Of a DNA stretch of 55,106 nucleotides, positions 22,818-32,960 are shown one piece after another. The position numbers and the translations under genes were made by a program. This DNA is from an uncultured Gemmatimonadaceae bacterium (lineage in GTDB: Bacteria > Gemmatimonadota > Gemmatimonadetes > Gemmatimonadales > Gemmatimonadaceae), in contig CAWGJO010000043.1 of NCBI GenBank assembly GCA_963822945.1, positions 1 to 55,106 of the forward strand. Reading direction: 5' to 3'. Under the pieces are notes generated by a model. It saw nothing but the letters and a program-made list of their open reading frames with translations, ran no database searches and was not told the DNA's origin. Numbering within the stretch: position 1 is the stretch's first letter; the number at the start of each line of letters is the position of its first letter.

Positions 22818-23381
22818 TTAGATCCCCGCGTACCACGCGTAACCGTACTTCAGGTCGGAGGAGCCTTTGGCCGGGAACTCGTCCAGGTTGTCGGCGACCA
22901 CCAGACGCTCCAGGAACTTCACACTCTTGTAGCCGAGCTGTCGCGGCACCCGCAGGCGGAGCGGGCCGCCGAAGGGCACCGGAAGTTCGCGGCCATTCAT
23001 CCCCCACGCCAGCAACGTCTGGGAGTGCATGGCCTCGTCGATGTCGATGCTCTCATACCACTCGGGATCCGTCGAGTAGTACACGAGATACTTCGCCTCG
23101 GGGCGCACGCCCGCCGCGTTCAATACCGCGGTGGGCGGGTCGATCTCGTTCGCGAACGGCTTCGCCGAGATCATGCTCGGCGGAAACTCGCGCGCCATGG
23201 CGTGGCGGCCGAAAATGCGGTGCGAGGCGTAGGCGAGCGTCTCCCCGGCCCCGTGCACCCCACCGGCGTCGGGCGGCACGAGCCCGAAGCGATGGCCAAC
23301 GGCGTTCAGCGCCGCGCCGAGCGCGGCGCCCGCAGCCACCACGCCGCCGGCCAGGAATCCACGGCGGGTCAGGTTGTTCAT
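22818..23381 (-). pseudogene. Molybdopterin-dependent oxidoreductase (sulfite oxidase/MsrP-like) with internal deletion
   Basis: Tat motif TRRGFL; GGPLRLRVPRQLGYKSVK; the Cys-containing Mo-ligand segment is absent. Confidence 0.7.
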
Positions 23382-23790
23382 GAGCGCGTCTCCGTCTTTC
23401 CGGTAACCATCGCCATCACCCGCGCGCGGAACCCCGCGAGGACGATCATCGCGACGTGCACCACGAGGAACCCGACGAGCACGATCGTGGTGATGAAATG
23501 CAGCGTTCGCGCCGACTGGCGCCCGCCGAGACCGTTCACCACCCACGGACACACGGCGTTGAACGCCGGCGCCAGCGCGAGCCCCGTCGCGATCATGAGC
23601 GGGAATACCAGAAATACGATGCCGAGATACGACAGCCGCTGCAGCGCGTTGTACGAGGAGGCGTCGGCGAATGCCGATGCGGCCAGGCGGAGGTGCTCGC
23701 CGATGCTGGCGCGAAGTGCTCGCCACGACAGCTCCTCGCGGGACGGGACGAGGTTGTGTTGGAAATGGCGCCGGCGCAGCCCAGCGAGAG
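23378..23790 (-). pseudogene. Cytochrome b/b6-like membrane subunit, 5'-truncated
   Basis: YNALQRLSY..PLMIATGLA..GGRQSARTLHF..HV; no start or N-terminal part. Confidence 0.7.
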
Positions 23791-23864
23791 AGGACGGAGC
23801 GGGTCATCGAGAAGCTCCAGGCGGCGGGAACCGCCGCGCCTTCTCACGCCCGATGCGGAGCGCG

Positions 23865-23968
23865 GTCCGGCGCCGCGGGAGGTGCGGCGGCGTCCTATAA
23901 TAGCTTCGGCTGGCCGGCGCGGCGAGTTGGCGCTCGGCCCCCGGCCGAGCGTGCCGCCCTCGCTCAGT
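23865..23968 (-). repeat. Degenerate copy of the ~110-bp attC family
   Basis: gccgcgg...gcggcgtcctataatag..cggc...gcgcggcgag...cctcgctcag aligns with the array repeat. Confidence 0.6.
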
Positions 23969-23996
23969 CGTCCGGCTCGATTCCGTCTTGTGTCGC

Positions 23997-24842
23997 CTAC
24001 GCGATCCCGTCGAACGTGACCACCTTCTGCACGTTCTCCAGCGGCGTCCGCACCTCGCCGGTGCCTGTGGGCGCCACGGCGGTGCCGACGGCGAAGAACT
24101 CGATCGCGTTGGCGCCCCATCCCCAATTCGATTCCTCCACGCGCGCGCCCACCACGCCCACGCCGCCCCGCGCCAACGCCTCGGCCTGCATCCGCTCCAG
24201 CGCCAGCTCCCGGGCGGCGTAGGTCGCCTCGGTGTAGACCACCATTTCCTGATTGCGCCCCATCTGCTTGAGCGCCTGCATGAAACTCAGATGCGCGATG
24301 TGGTACACGCACGCGCCCATCGCGAGGCTGACCGGACGGTAGCCGCCCTGCAACAGCTTCCACAGGTCCTGTCCGCTCAGGTCCGACGTGAAGGGACGGT
24401 TGTCCTTGGTGCGAAGCGAGCCGCTGTTCTCGCGGTGGCGGATCGCGGTGCCGATGGCCTGAAACTCCAGCACGCCCTCGTCCATGGCGTACTGCTTGAA
24501 CACCAGTCGCACACCCACCACTCCGTCCGCGCCCAGCAGGTCCGCCTCCTCCTCCATCCGCGTCATTGCCAGCTCGCGCGCCTGGTACATCGCGTGCGTG
24601 AGTACCGGCAGCTCCTGGCTCACGCTCCACTTCTGCCACTGGAAGCCCACGTGATAGATGGACGAGCCGAGCACGAGTCCCAATGCTTCGAAGCCCGCCT
24701 GCTCGACGAGCAGGAACTCGTCGATCGAGAGATCGCTCGTGAAGAACGCGGGACGGGGGCCGGTTCCGCGCATGCCGCGAAGCCGTTCCGCCGCTCCGGG
24801 AGGCAGGTTGGCGGTAGACCCGGGGGCGTAGTTCGGCGTCAT
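23997..24842 (-). CDS. Tandem YbjQ/UPF0145 heavy-metal-binding domain protein
   Basis: Two FTSDLS...ARELA..RM..EA...G..GVVG repeats. Confidence 0.8.
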   Translation of the reverse strand: MTPNYAPGSTANLPPGAAERLRGMRGTGPRPAFFTSDLSIDEFLLVEQAGFEALGLVLGSSIYHVGFQWQKWSVSQELPVLTHAMYQARELAMTRMEEEADLLGADGVVGVRLVFKQYAMDEGVLEFQAIGTAIRHRENSGSLRTKDNRPFTSDLSGQDLWKLLQGGYRPVSLAMGACVYHIAHLSFMQALKQMGRNQEMVVYTEATYAARELALERMQAEALARGGVGVVGARVEESNWGWGANAIEFFAVGTAVAPTGTGEVRTPLENVQKVVTFDGIA

Positions 24843-24894
24843 GAAGTCTCCTGGCAAGGGCATTGAAGAATGGACATTGCGGGCATCGGCGGCG

Positions 24895-25290
24895 TCAGGC
24901 CGAGTCCATCGACGCGAGCCAGTCGCGCAGCGCCTGCCGTCCTCGCTCGCTGCGCTGCAGCTCCGCGTCGATGGCGGGCCCCAACTCGGCGAGGAACGCG
25001 TCGATCTCCATAGGCTCGGTCCGGATGACCACGCCGCGCACCTCATGCTGCCGGCTCGCCTCGTAGCGCCCGCCGGCACCGCGGCGAAGGACGTACGCCA
25101 CACCCGTCAGCGGAATGCGCACCTCCGTGACGTGGCGGCGCAGGAGGGAACGCCGCACCTGCGCCCCGGGCATCACGCCGGGCAGCAGACCCACGAGCTC
25201 GCCGAGCAGATCGGTGAGATCGTCGCGGCTGCGCCGGGCGAGGATGGCGGCGACGCTGGTGGATTCCCAGGACGCGGGTGGTTGGCTCAT
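24895..25290 (-). CDS. Hypothetical protein
   Basis: Protein-like ORF co-oriented upstream of the YbjQ-like gene. Confidence 0.6.
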   Translation of the reverse strand: MSQPPASWESTSVAAILARRSRDDLTDLLGELVGLLPGVMPGAQVRRSLLRRHVTEVRIPLTGVAYVLRRGAGGRYEASRQHEVRGVVIRTEPMEIDAFLAELGPAIDAELQRSERGRQALRDWLASMDSA

Positions 25291-25424
25291 GACGGGAAAG
25301 TCTGCATCCGATTCCGGCCTGGCGCCACTCCGCCACACCCGGCTTACCGGCTCTTTAGTGCGGGCGGGAGGGGGGGCGAACTCAGCGCAGCACGAACACG
25401 AGTTCCACCACGTCGTTGCCGGCG

Positions 25425-25847
25425 TCATCGCGTGCTTTCCTGGCGTTCGAGGCGGAAGCCGCACTTCTCCAGCACGCGGATCGAGCCGACGTTGTGCTTC
25501 ACCACGTGCGCGCGCAGAGGCCGCTCGGTCTCGAGGCGCAGGAACGCGGCGAGTGCCCGGGTGGCCACGCCCCGGCCCCAATACGTCTTGCCGATCCAGT
25601 AGCCCACCAGGCGGACGCCGTCCTGTGACCAACTCCCGATGTTGCCCGCCACCTGACCGTCGAGAAGTATCGTCTGCTTGCTCGTTGCCGGGTTGCCGAG
25701 AATGTTCGCCGCCCAATGGGCGTCGAACGAGGCGCGGTCGCGGGCGGGAAACGCCGCCATGCGCGTGGCGTCCGGGTCGAGCTGCTGCTCGTAGAAGATG
25801 GGGAGGTCGTCAGGCTCGACGTCGCGGAGTCGCACCTCGTCACTCAT
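25425..25847 (-). CDS. GNAT (RimJ/RimL-like) acetyltransferase; true C-terminus probably frameshifted to 25382
   Basis: VGYWIGKTYWGRGVAT, NVGSIRVLEKCGF. Confidence 0.85.
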   Translation of the reverse strand: MSDEVRLRDVEPDDLPIFYEQQLDPDATRMAAFPARDRASFDAHWAANILGNPATSKQTILLDGQVAGNIGSWSQDGVRLVGYWIGKTYWGRGVATRALAAFLRLETERPLRAHVVKHNVGSIRVLEKCGFRLERQESTR

Positions 25848-25915
25848 CGTTCCATTCTCGTTCGGCCTTCACGGGCCGTCCAGGTCCTTGTCCTCATTCG
25901 CGCATCCCCACGACG

Positions 25916-26353
25916 CTAGTCTTCCGCGGGCATCGCGGGGTTGAAGACGATCTCCCACAGGTGCCCGTCAGGATCCGCGAAGTACCCCGAGTAGATCCCC
26001 CAATCCCTCTCGCGGGGCGCCTCGGTGACACGCGCATTCGCGGCAACCGCCTGTCGAATGATCTCGTCCACTTCCGCTCGACTCTTCGTCAGATAGCCCA
26101 GGCTGAACTCCACCTGGCTCGGCGGGGCGTCAGGGAGTCCAGCATCTTTGGTCAGGTCGCTGCGTGGATAGAGCGCGAGTATCAGACCGCCCCGCAGCTC
26201 GAAGAACGCGACGGCGCCCGACGCGCCGCTCACGGAATCCGTGTATTCCGTGCCGATGATCTTCCCGGGCAGGCCGAGTCCGTCTCGATAGAACCGCAGA
26301 GCGGCGTCCAGGTTGCGGACGGCGAGGGTGACGACGTTCAGGCGTGGGTGCAT
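25916..26353 (-). CDS. VOC family protein
   Basis: VTLAVRNL..FYRDGLG, YSGYFADPDGHLWE. Confidence 0.9.
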   Translation of the reverse strand: MHPRLNVVTLAVRNLDAALRFYRDGLGLPGKIIGTEYTDSVSGASGAVAFFELRGGLILALYPRSDLTKDAGLPDAPPSQVEFSLGYLTKSRAEVDEIIRQAVAANARVTEAPRERDWGIYSGYFADPDGHLWEIVFNPAMPAED

Positions 26354-26662
26354 CGGTTCGAGCCCTCAGCTTCAATGTGACGCTCATGATGTGGATGTCT
26401 GGGTGCCGGACGTTCCGCGGATCCCATCGCGTTCCTCGCTACCTGGTCGGGCCCATGACGAAGATGGTGTTGCCAAAGGGATCGCTCAGATCGCCGGACA
26501 TGGGACAATCGATGGTCAGTGCAATCGTTCCGCGCTCGAGCACGAGCAAGCCGGTCTTTCCGTCTTCGGTCCCCTCGAACGATACGCGACATACGATAGT
26601 GACCGGACGTCGCACACGAATCTGAGAAGCCCTGGAGCACTTGCGAAGGCTGTCGTTGAGGC

Positions 26663-27061
26663 TCAGTCGGAGCCGATTCGAAACGCTTCGCCCGCCGCGT
26701 AGGTGTCGAAGAACTCCTGGAAGCGCACGATCTTGCCGCCGCGAAACGTGACGACGTGCACGAAGTCTGACTCGTAGACCCGTCCCGTCTGCTTCGCCCG
26801 GCACCGCATGTGACCGACGACGGCAACGGCATTCTCGTTGGAAAGGAACTGGGTCGGCTCGAGGACGTCGATATCTTCGGCCTCGCGACCGATCCGAACC
26901 CATTCCAGAAAGCCCTCGTGACCGCGATGCACGCCGGCAGCCGGATTGAACGGATTGTCAGGCTCGCACCACACGACATCGGGAGCCAGGCATGCCAACA
27001 TGCCTTGGATGTCGCGCCGCGCGAACGCGGCATACAATTCTCGCACCACGTCGAGACTCAT
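26663..27061 (-). CDS. SnoaL/NTF2-like protein
   Basis: VRELYAAFARRD, APDVVW, GGKIVRFQEFFDT. Confidence 0.85.
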   Translation of the reverse strand: MSLDVVRELYAAFARRDIQGMLACLAPDVVWCEPDNPFNPAAGVHRGHEGFLEWVRIGREAEDIDVLEPTQFLSNENAVAVVGHMRCRAKQTGRVYESDFVHVVTFRGGKIVRFQEFFDTYAAGEAFRIGSD

Positions 27062-27234
27062 CTTCGCCTCCGCCCTGCCTCTGACGATTGCCCGGTGCCA
27101 CGCTGGCCCTGTGTGTTCGGTGCGCCCCACGCCGTGCCATGGGGCGGCCGCGTACTATACTAGCCAAGGCCTCCGACAACGCTAGCTTACCCGACCATGA
27201 CCCCCCGTCTCTCCCACGCGAGCGGGAGCGCCGC

Positions 27235-28053
27235 ATGACGCCCGCCCTCGTCGCGCTCCGCGCGCTCGACGACGGCAAGCACCGCGCCGAGTTCTACGAG
27301 ATGTGGCGGACGATGTACTCCGCCGGCTTTCCGCATCCCAAGGCGTTCGAGACCATGGGGGTGCGGCAGTCGGCGCTCACCGAGCAAATCCGGCTGTGGT
27401 TGCTGGCCGGGACCAAGCGCCGGCGGTCCATCGCCGAAATCGTCAAGGCCGGCGGCACGCGCTTCGAGGAGTTCGAAGCGGCGCTCCTCACGCTCGGCGA
27501 GGACTCGGGACGCCTCGAGCAATCCCTGCGGCTGCTCGGCTCCTTCTATACGAAGAAGCACCAGCTGATGCTCTGGGTGAAGAAGAAGATGGCGTATCCC
27601 TTCCTCACCGGGTTCTTCGCCTGCCTCATCGCGCCCTTCCCGCTGCTGTTCTTCGGCCACCCGCGCGCGTATTTCGCGGTCGCCGCCACCGGCATCGCGG
27701 TCGTGCTGCTCGGCGCCGGCGCGATCGTGGCCGCGGCGTCGGCGCACTACGGGCGGACGCCCGCGCTGGTGCGCGCCCGGATGGCGCGGGCGCTCGCCAC
27801 GGCCATCGAGGCCGGGCTCACGCTGCCGCGCGCGCTGCGCCTTGCCGCCGACGCCTCCGCGAGTCCCGAGGTTCAGGCGTTCGTGTCGCGCCTGGGCGAG
27901 CGGCAGCTGGCCACGCAGTCCATCGCGACCACGCTCGCGGGGTGCCCGAACATGACCCCCGAGTTCGCGGAGATCGTCTCGACGTCGGAGCGAACGGGCG
28001 ACTTCAGCGGCCTCGCGAAGCTGGCGGATCTGTACGAGGACGGGTTCCGGTAG
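27235..28053 (+). CDS. Type II secretion F / PilC family protein (short)
   Basis: GEDSGRLEQSL, KMAYP, LATAIEAGLTL, SERTG. Confidence 0.75.
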   Translation: MTPALVALRALDDGKHRAEFYEMWRTMYSAGFPHPKAFETMGVRQSALTEQIRLWLLAGTKRRRSIAEIVKAGGTRFEEFEAALLTLGEDSGRLEQSLRLLGSFYTKKHQLMLWVKKKMAYPFLTGFFACLIAPFPLLFFGHPRAYFAVAATGIAVVLLGAGAIVAAASAHYGRTPALVRARMARALATAIEAGLTLPRALRLAADASASPEVQAFVSRLGERQLATQSIATTLAGCPNMTPEFAEIVSTSERTGDFSGLAKLADLYEDGFR

Positions 28054-28175
28054 AGCGCCGTCGGCGCCGCGCCTTCCAACGGAATGCAGGGCGGCGGACG
28101 GCAACGAGGCGTGCTTGCCGTGCGTCACCGCCCGCCCGTCAACCTTCCCTCTCGCAACCCGCGACGCTCACCGCC

Positions 28176-29606
28176 CTACCCTTCGCCTCCCAGCGCCGCC
28201 CGCACCGCATCATAGTCCCCCTCCTCCCGACGCCAGCTGTTCCGCTCGCCATGCTCCGCCCACCCGAGCGGCGTGCCGCCGAAGTGGCGCTCTTCGACCG
28301 TGGGATCGGCACCGGCGGAGAGAAGCGCACGGACCAGCGCGGCGTTCCCGTGCCAGGCGGCCCAGTGCAGCGGCGTCGCTCCGGCTTCGTCGCTGACGGT
28401 CGCCGGCCACCCCGCCTTCAGCATGAGCCGCACCGCCGCCGCATCGTCCTGCGACGCCGCGGAGAGTATCCGCTGGCGCGCCTGGTCGGTGAGCGACGCC
28501 GCCGCAGCGTCTCCCGCCGCGAGTTGACGCTCCACCTCCGCCTCGTCCCCGGCATCACAGGCCGCGGCGAGCCGCAAGTCCTCCGGAGAACGCTCCATCA
28601 ACAGGGCGTACACGTCGTCGTGCCCGGCACGACGCGCCACGGCGTGCGCACTGCGGTAGTTGCCGAGCGTCCAGATGTAGATCGTTCCGCCGGCGCGCGG
28701 GTTCCGCATCGGGAACCAGCGCGGGGACACCATGGTGTACACCGACGCGGGATCGCGGTCCAGGTGCTCGCGCACGAGCGCGACATCGCCTACGGCGCAG
28801 GCCAACAAGACGTCGGTGCGGCACCCCCGCGCAATCAGCATCCTCACGATCTCCGGATGGTCGCCCACCAGATACTGTGCCGGCGTCGATTCGTGATCTA
28901 CGTCGAGGGCGTCGATATCGGCGCCGTGCGCGAGCAACAGTTCGGCAATCTCCACCGTCGACGCCACGTGCAGCGGCGTCTGGCCGTCGCCGTAGCGCGC
29001 CGTGACCACGGATGGATCGGCCTCGATCAGTTCCCGCAGACGGTCGATCATGCCGAGCTGCGCGGCGTCGTGCGCATCGACCATCGCGCCACGGGCGATA
29101 AGATGGGCATTCACCTCGGCGTGTGGCCCGAAGGCACTGAAACCGCCCGCCCACCAATGCGACCGCTGATCGATGTTCGCGCCCGCCTCGAGCAGTACGT
29201 CGATCATCGCGAGGTTGCGTTGTTTTGCTGCCGTGATCAGCGGTGTGGCGCCGAACGCGCCGCCGGGCAGCGCCTCGTCGAGCCGGCGCTTCACCGCCGG
29301 AAAGCGGGCGATCACATCGCGCACGCGTTGGGCGTCGTTGAGGAACACGGCCGCCTCGAGCGCGGCCGCCGGGTCCTCTCCCGCCAGCGAGAGCACGTGG
29401 TGCTTGAGCTGGGCCCAGTTCGAAAACTCGTACGAACGCGCGAGCGCATGCTGGGCATCGGCGAGCGTGGGAGCGGGCGCCCCGACGCGGCGCGGTCCGA
29501 ATGCCTCGACGGCTTCGGCCTTTCCGGCGGCGAAATCACGAAGCAGCGCCTTGGCCTGCTTCTTCAGGTGTTCGAGGTTCGGCCGCTCGGGCAGTGCACG
29601 AGACAT
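28176..29606 (-). CDS. Ankyrin-repeat protein with LPERPNLEHLKKQAK N-terminal domain
   Basis: GQTPLHVA, GATPLHWAA, GGTPLGWA; RBS GGAGG. Confidence 0.85.
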   Translation of the reverse strand: MSRALPERPNLEHLKKQAKALLRDFAAGKAEAVEAFGPRRVGAPAPTLADAQHALARSYEFSNWAQLKHHVLSLAGEDPAAALEAAVFLNDAQRVRDVIARFPAVKRRLDEALPGGAFGATPLITAAKQRNLAMIDVLLEAGANIDQRSHWWAGGFSAFGPHAEVNAHLIARGAMVDAHDAAQLGMIDRLRELIEADPSVVTARYGDGQTPLHVASTVEIAELLLAHGADIDALDVDHESTPAQYLVGDHPEIVRMLIARGCRTDVLLACAVGDVALVREHLDRDPASVYTMVSPRWFPMRNPRAGGTIYIWTLGNYRSAHAVARRAGHDDVYALLMERSPEDLRLAAACDAGDEAEVERQLAAGDAAAASLTDQARQRILSAASQDDAAAVRLMLKAGWPATVSDEAGATPLHWAAWHGNAALVRALLSAGADPTVEERHFGGTPLGWAEHGERNSWRREEGDYDAVRAALGGEG

Positions 29607-29631
29607 CTTGCCTCCTTCCATGAAGCCCGGT

Positions 29632-29767
29632 GTCCGCTGGTGTCGGGCAGAAGAGAGGTCGATGCTCGGAACCGCGAGAATCGCTCAGGTGGGATGATCC
29701 CTTTCCGCGGACGGGGGGCGACCTGCGGCGCCTGCCGGAATCTTCCACGGCGAACGTTGGAGATCAA
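29632..29767 (-). promoter_or_regulatory. Putative promoter plus conserved structured 5' leader (copy 2)
   Basis: TTGATC-N17-AAGATT, GGCGCC hairpin, GTCCGC-GGAAA-GGGA-TCA-TCCC-ACC...GCGGAC. Confidence 0.6.
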
Positions 29768-29864
29768 GGCCGTTGGGCAGGGCACGCCGCTGCCGCATCC
29801 TGCAGGGCAGTTTTCACCCGCAATGGTACGGCGCGGCACGATCAGGACCTCGACGGCCGGCCGA

Positions 29865-31277
29865 TCAATTGGAGACGGACTTCCCGCTGTAAGCCACGCC
29901 AAGTCTGAACAGGGCCCACATCACGCCGGTCACGGCGGTCGCGATCATCGTCAGCGCCAGATCGGGCTGGAAGATGCGCAACGTCCTCATGGATACGCCG
30001 GAGAGCGGCGGGATCACGAAGAAGAAGCTCCAGGCGATCGCGAGCGTCGTGAGGAGCGGAAACCACAGGCTGAACAGGCCGAATGCGCCCGTTTTGGCAC
30101 GCAGGGCATCGCGATGAAGCCATGCCCAGACCATGCTGAGTACGAACGCAATCGGCAGGAGCACCAACGCCACGAAGATGCGCCTTCTGTTGCCATCGGC
30201 TCCCTTCGCCGGCATAGCCAGGCCGAGGGCTCTGGCCGTGATGCCGTTCCGGAGCGCGGCCGTTTCTCCAAACCCGATTCCACTCCCTGCGTTCACGAGC
30301 ACCACTGCGCCCTTCCGTTCCGCCGGAACCATGGTGGCGAGCGTCTCGATTCCGGGGCTGGAGCCCGAGTGGAACACGGTTCCCTTGGCGGTGTCGACGA
30401 ACCAGCCGAAGCCATAGAAGGGAGACGCCGCGCCGGCCGGGCGCATCATCTCGGCCTTGCTCTCGGCGCTGATGACGTCGTCCGCGCCATTCATCATGAT
30501 CGCCAGATATCTGGCCACGTCACGGGCGCTTGCGATGACCCCGCCGGCCGGAGCAGTCACCCGGTCGGTTCTGGTCGCTTCGAATGGGCGCTTGCTGCCG
30601 AACCACGGCCGATGCCCCGTCGCCATCTCATCATGGCGCCCTCCGTCGGCGACGAAGCTGTCGTCCATGCCGATCGGCTCGAGGATCTTCGTCTTGATGT
30701 AGTTCGCGTACGTCTCACCGCTCACCGCCTCGATGAGGGCGCCGAGAATCTGGTAGTTGGCGTTCGAGTACTCCCACCTCGCACCAGGTTCATGAGCCGG
30801 CGTCCATTGCGCAATCTGCTCGACCTGGCGCGACAACTCGTCTCCGTTCCGGGTCGGGTCGGCGTGCCTGCTGTTGCCCTGGAGGGTGGAATACCCGCTC
30901 GTGTGGCTGAGCAGTTGCCGGATCGTGATCGCGCCCGATGGGTGACCTGAGAATGCGGGCAGGTAGTGCGCAATCCCGGTGTCCAGCTCCACCTTGCCGG
31001 CCTCCACCAGTTGCATCACGGCCATTGCGGTGAAGCTCTTGGTAATGGAGCCGAGCATGAACGGCGTTTCCGGCGTGACCTTCCGGCCGCTGCCGATCAG
31101 GACCTCTCCGCGTGCCTCCGCGTGAATCTCGCCATGATCGACGACCGCATAGGCGAGGCCCGGGGCTCCGGACTTCGGCATCTCGGCCGCAATGAAGCGA
31201 TCAATCGATCCCGGCGGCACGTTCGCCTGAAATCCGGTGGACATTCCCAATGCGAGCCAGGCCAGGACACGCCGCAT
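29865..31277 (-). CDS. Serine hydrolase (beta-lactamase/PBP family) with C-terminal TMs
   Basis: SITK (SxxK), YSN, HSG. Confidence 0.85.
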   Translation of the reverse strand: MRRVLAWLALGMSTGFQANVPPGSIDRFIAAEMPKSGAPGLAYAVVDHGEIHAEARGEVLIGSGRKVTPETPFMLGSITKSFTAMAVMQLVEAGKVELDTGIAHYLPAFSGHPSGAITIRQLLSHTSGYSTLQGNSRHADPTRNGDELSRQVEQIAQWTPAHEPGARWEYSNANYQILGALIEAVSGETYANYIKTKILEPIGMDDSFVADGGRHDEMATGHRPWFGSKRPFEATRTDRVTAPAGGVIASARDVARYLAIMMNGADDVISAESKAEMMRPAGAASPFYGFGWFVDTAKGTVFHSGSSPGIETLATMVPAERKGAVVLVNAGSGIGFGETAALRNGITARALGLAMPAKGADGNRRRIFVALVLLPIAFVLSMVWAWLHRDALRAKTGAFGLFSLWFPLLTTLAIAWSFFFVIPPLSGVSMRTLRIFQPDLALTMIATAVTGVMWALFRLGVAYSGKSVSN

Positions 31278-31625
31278 ACCGTCGCCCCTCCGTTCAGTGT
31301 CGAGTCGTTCGAATTTCGCGACCACTCTTGTACGCGTGTTGGCCGAATCGCAGCTCGGCTAGCCACTGTCCGAGACGAAGCAGCTAATGGTCACGGCATA
31401 TCGGTTCTCAGGGATATACGCGGGATCTGAATCGTGCGGATGGTCCCACGTGCCTCGGTGGCGCTTATGTGGGGCTGCTGGAAGGGCGACGGCACGTGAA
31501 TGCCTACGTCGCAGTCCACCTTCGTCGCTTGCGCCAGCGCGATGCCGGGGATCGCCGCAACGCTCGTGCCGACGGCGAGTGCGACGAGCAGGAGATTCGT
31601 AAGGCGTCGGGCTGACGCCGCGCCG

Positions 31626-31889
31626 CTATTCCACACGATTGGGCGTCTGCGCGAACCACTGGATGTTGCCGCATTCGGCGCACAGAAGCGTCGACGCCGA
31701 CTTGTCGGCCCAGTCCAACCCGAAGAACGTCATGCCCGCCGTGTTCAGTTGCGCCCGCCCAATGCCAAAATGCTCACCGCCGCAGTGCGGGCAGCGCACC
31801 GGACGGCCGTCGATGCTGAACCGCGCCGGGCCTTCCCGGGCGTTGGCAGCGTGGACGCCATTCCGGAGTGCTTCGAAGAACCGTGCCAT
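31626..31889 (-). CDS. Zinc-ribbon protein
   Basis: CPHC...CAEC. Confidence 0.7.
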   Translation of the reverse strand: MARFFEALRNGVHAANAREGPARFSIDGRPVRCPHCGGEHFGIGRAQLNTAGMTFFGLDWADKSASTLLCAECGNIQWFAQTPNRVE

Positions 31890-31960
31890 GCTCAATCTCC
31901 CATTGTGACCCGTTCGGCTCCCGAACGCCGACTATACGGTACCCTGCTCGCGGATGGCGC

Positions 31961-32112
31961 TCACCGCCGCGCGGTCGCTGACACGACGCGCACCCGAAGC
32001 ACCAACGCGCGATCCTTCACGAACTCCTGCCGCTGGTCGCCGGGACGAGCAAACGCTCGTAATCGACCGGTGGATTCTTGCCGTAGGTTCCAGTGAAGTG
32101 TCGTTCGGCCAT
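31961..32112 (-). pseudogene. Collapsed gene remnant, N-terminus resembling a SAM methyltransferase
   Basis: RBS GGAGG, MAERHFTGTYGKNPPVDYERLLVPA joined to a C-terminal VLRVRVVSATARR* fragment. Confidence 0.45.
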
Positions 32113-32239
32113 CTTCTACCCTCCTTCCACTGTACTACGAATACGGGGCAGCGGATCTGGTCGCCGGTCCGCCCTCCAGTGCGCCGGTTCCGCGGCGCGT
32201 GCGCGCGGCCGATGATCCGTTGCGGTCGTGAGGCCGCCG

Positions 32240-32878
32240 TTACTCACGCACATATCGCAAGTGCGTCGCGGCAGATCCGTCAAGTACCGTGTCCAATCGA
32301 AAGCGAGGCACCGGTTCGCGCAAGTTCTCGAACAGGCGTCGCCCCGCACCGAACATCACCGGCGCGAGTGCGATCTCCAACTCGTCGATCACACCCAGGT
32401 TCAGATATTGCTGGATGACGTTCGCGCCGCCCGAGATGCGAACGTCGCGATCGCCGGCAGCCTGTCTGGCCTGCTCGAGCGCGCGCTCCGGACCGTCGTT
32501 CACGAAGTGGAAGGTCGTCCCGCCCGGCCGGACCCAGGGTTCGCGCTTCTCGTGGGTGAGCACGAACACCGGCGTGTGGAACGGCGCCTCCTCGGGCCAC
32601 GAGATCTCGCCCTGCTCGAACATCCGCTTGCCCATGATGCTTGCGCCGCTGCGCTCCATGGTGCGACGCACCATGTCGTTCACCGGACCGGTCTCGCCGC
32701 CCGGCCCGAACGTCAGCATCTCGCGGAAGTATTGCGTCTTCAGGATCCAGCCCATCATCGCGCCCCACTTCGCGCCCCAATCCTTGTACTCGGGGGTGCC
32801 CCAGTGCTCGATGGTCATGCCTTCCGGCGCCATGTAGCCGTCGAGACTGAGCCCGATGTTCACGAATACCCTGCTCAC
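32240..32878 (-). CDS. Dihydrofolate reductase/RibD C-terminal family protein
   Basis: SLDGY, IMGKRMF, GGANVIQQYL..G.IDE..P..G.G..LF. Confidence 0.9.
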   Translation of the reverse strand: MSRVFVNIGLSLDGYMAPEGMTIEHWGTPEYKDWGAKWGAMMGWILKTQYFREMLTFGPGGETGPVNDMVRRTMERSGASIMGKRMFEQGEISWPEEAPFHTPVFVLTHEKREPWVRPGGTTFHFVNDGPERALEQARQAAGDRDVRISGGANVIQQYLNLGVIDELEIALAPVMFGAGRRLFENLREPVPRFRLDTVLDGSAATHLRYVRE

Positions 32879-32960
32879 GATTCTCCTCCCGCAGTTGTCT
32901 TGTCGGCAGTCACGACGTGCATGCTATCCGCGGGGGCGGGGCGTTCGCCAGTCATGCCGC

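Noticed and set aside
27130..27165. gccgcgtactatactag resembling the attC AT patch
   Set aside because: The rest of the repeat is absent; more likely an ordinary -10 (TATACT) for the PilC-like gene.
27303..30950. 1215-aa + strand ORF and other long antisense ORFs (e.g. 838-2988, 8726-10990, 5674-7368)
   Set aside because: Shadow ORFs of GC-rich real genes; Arg/Gly/Pro-rich with no motifs.
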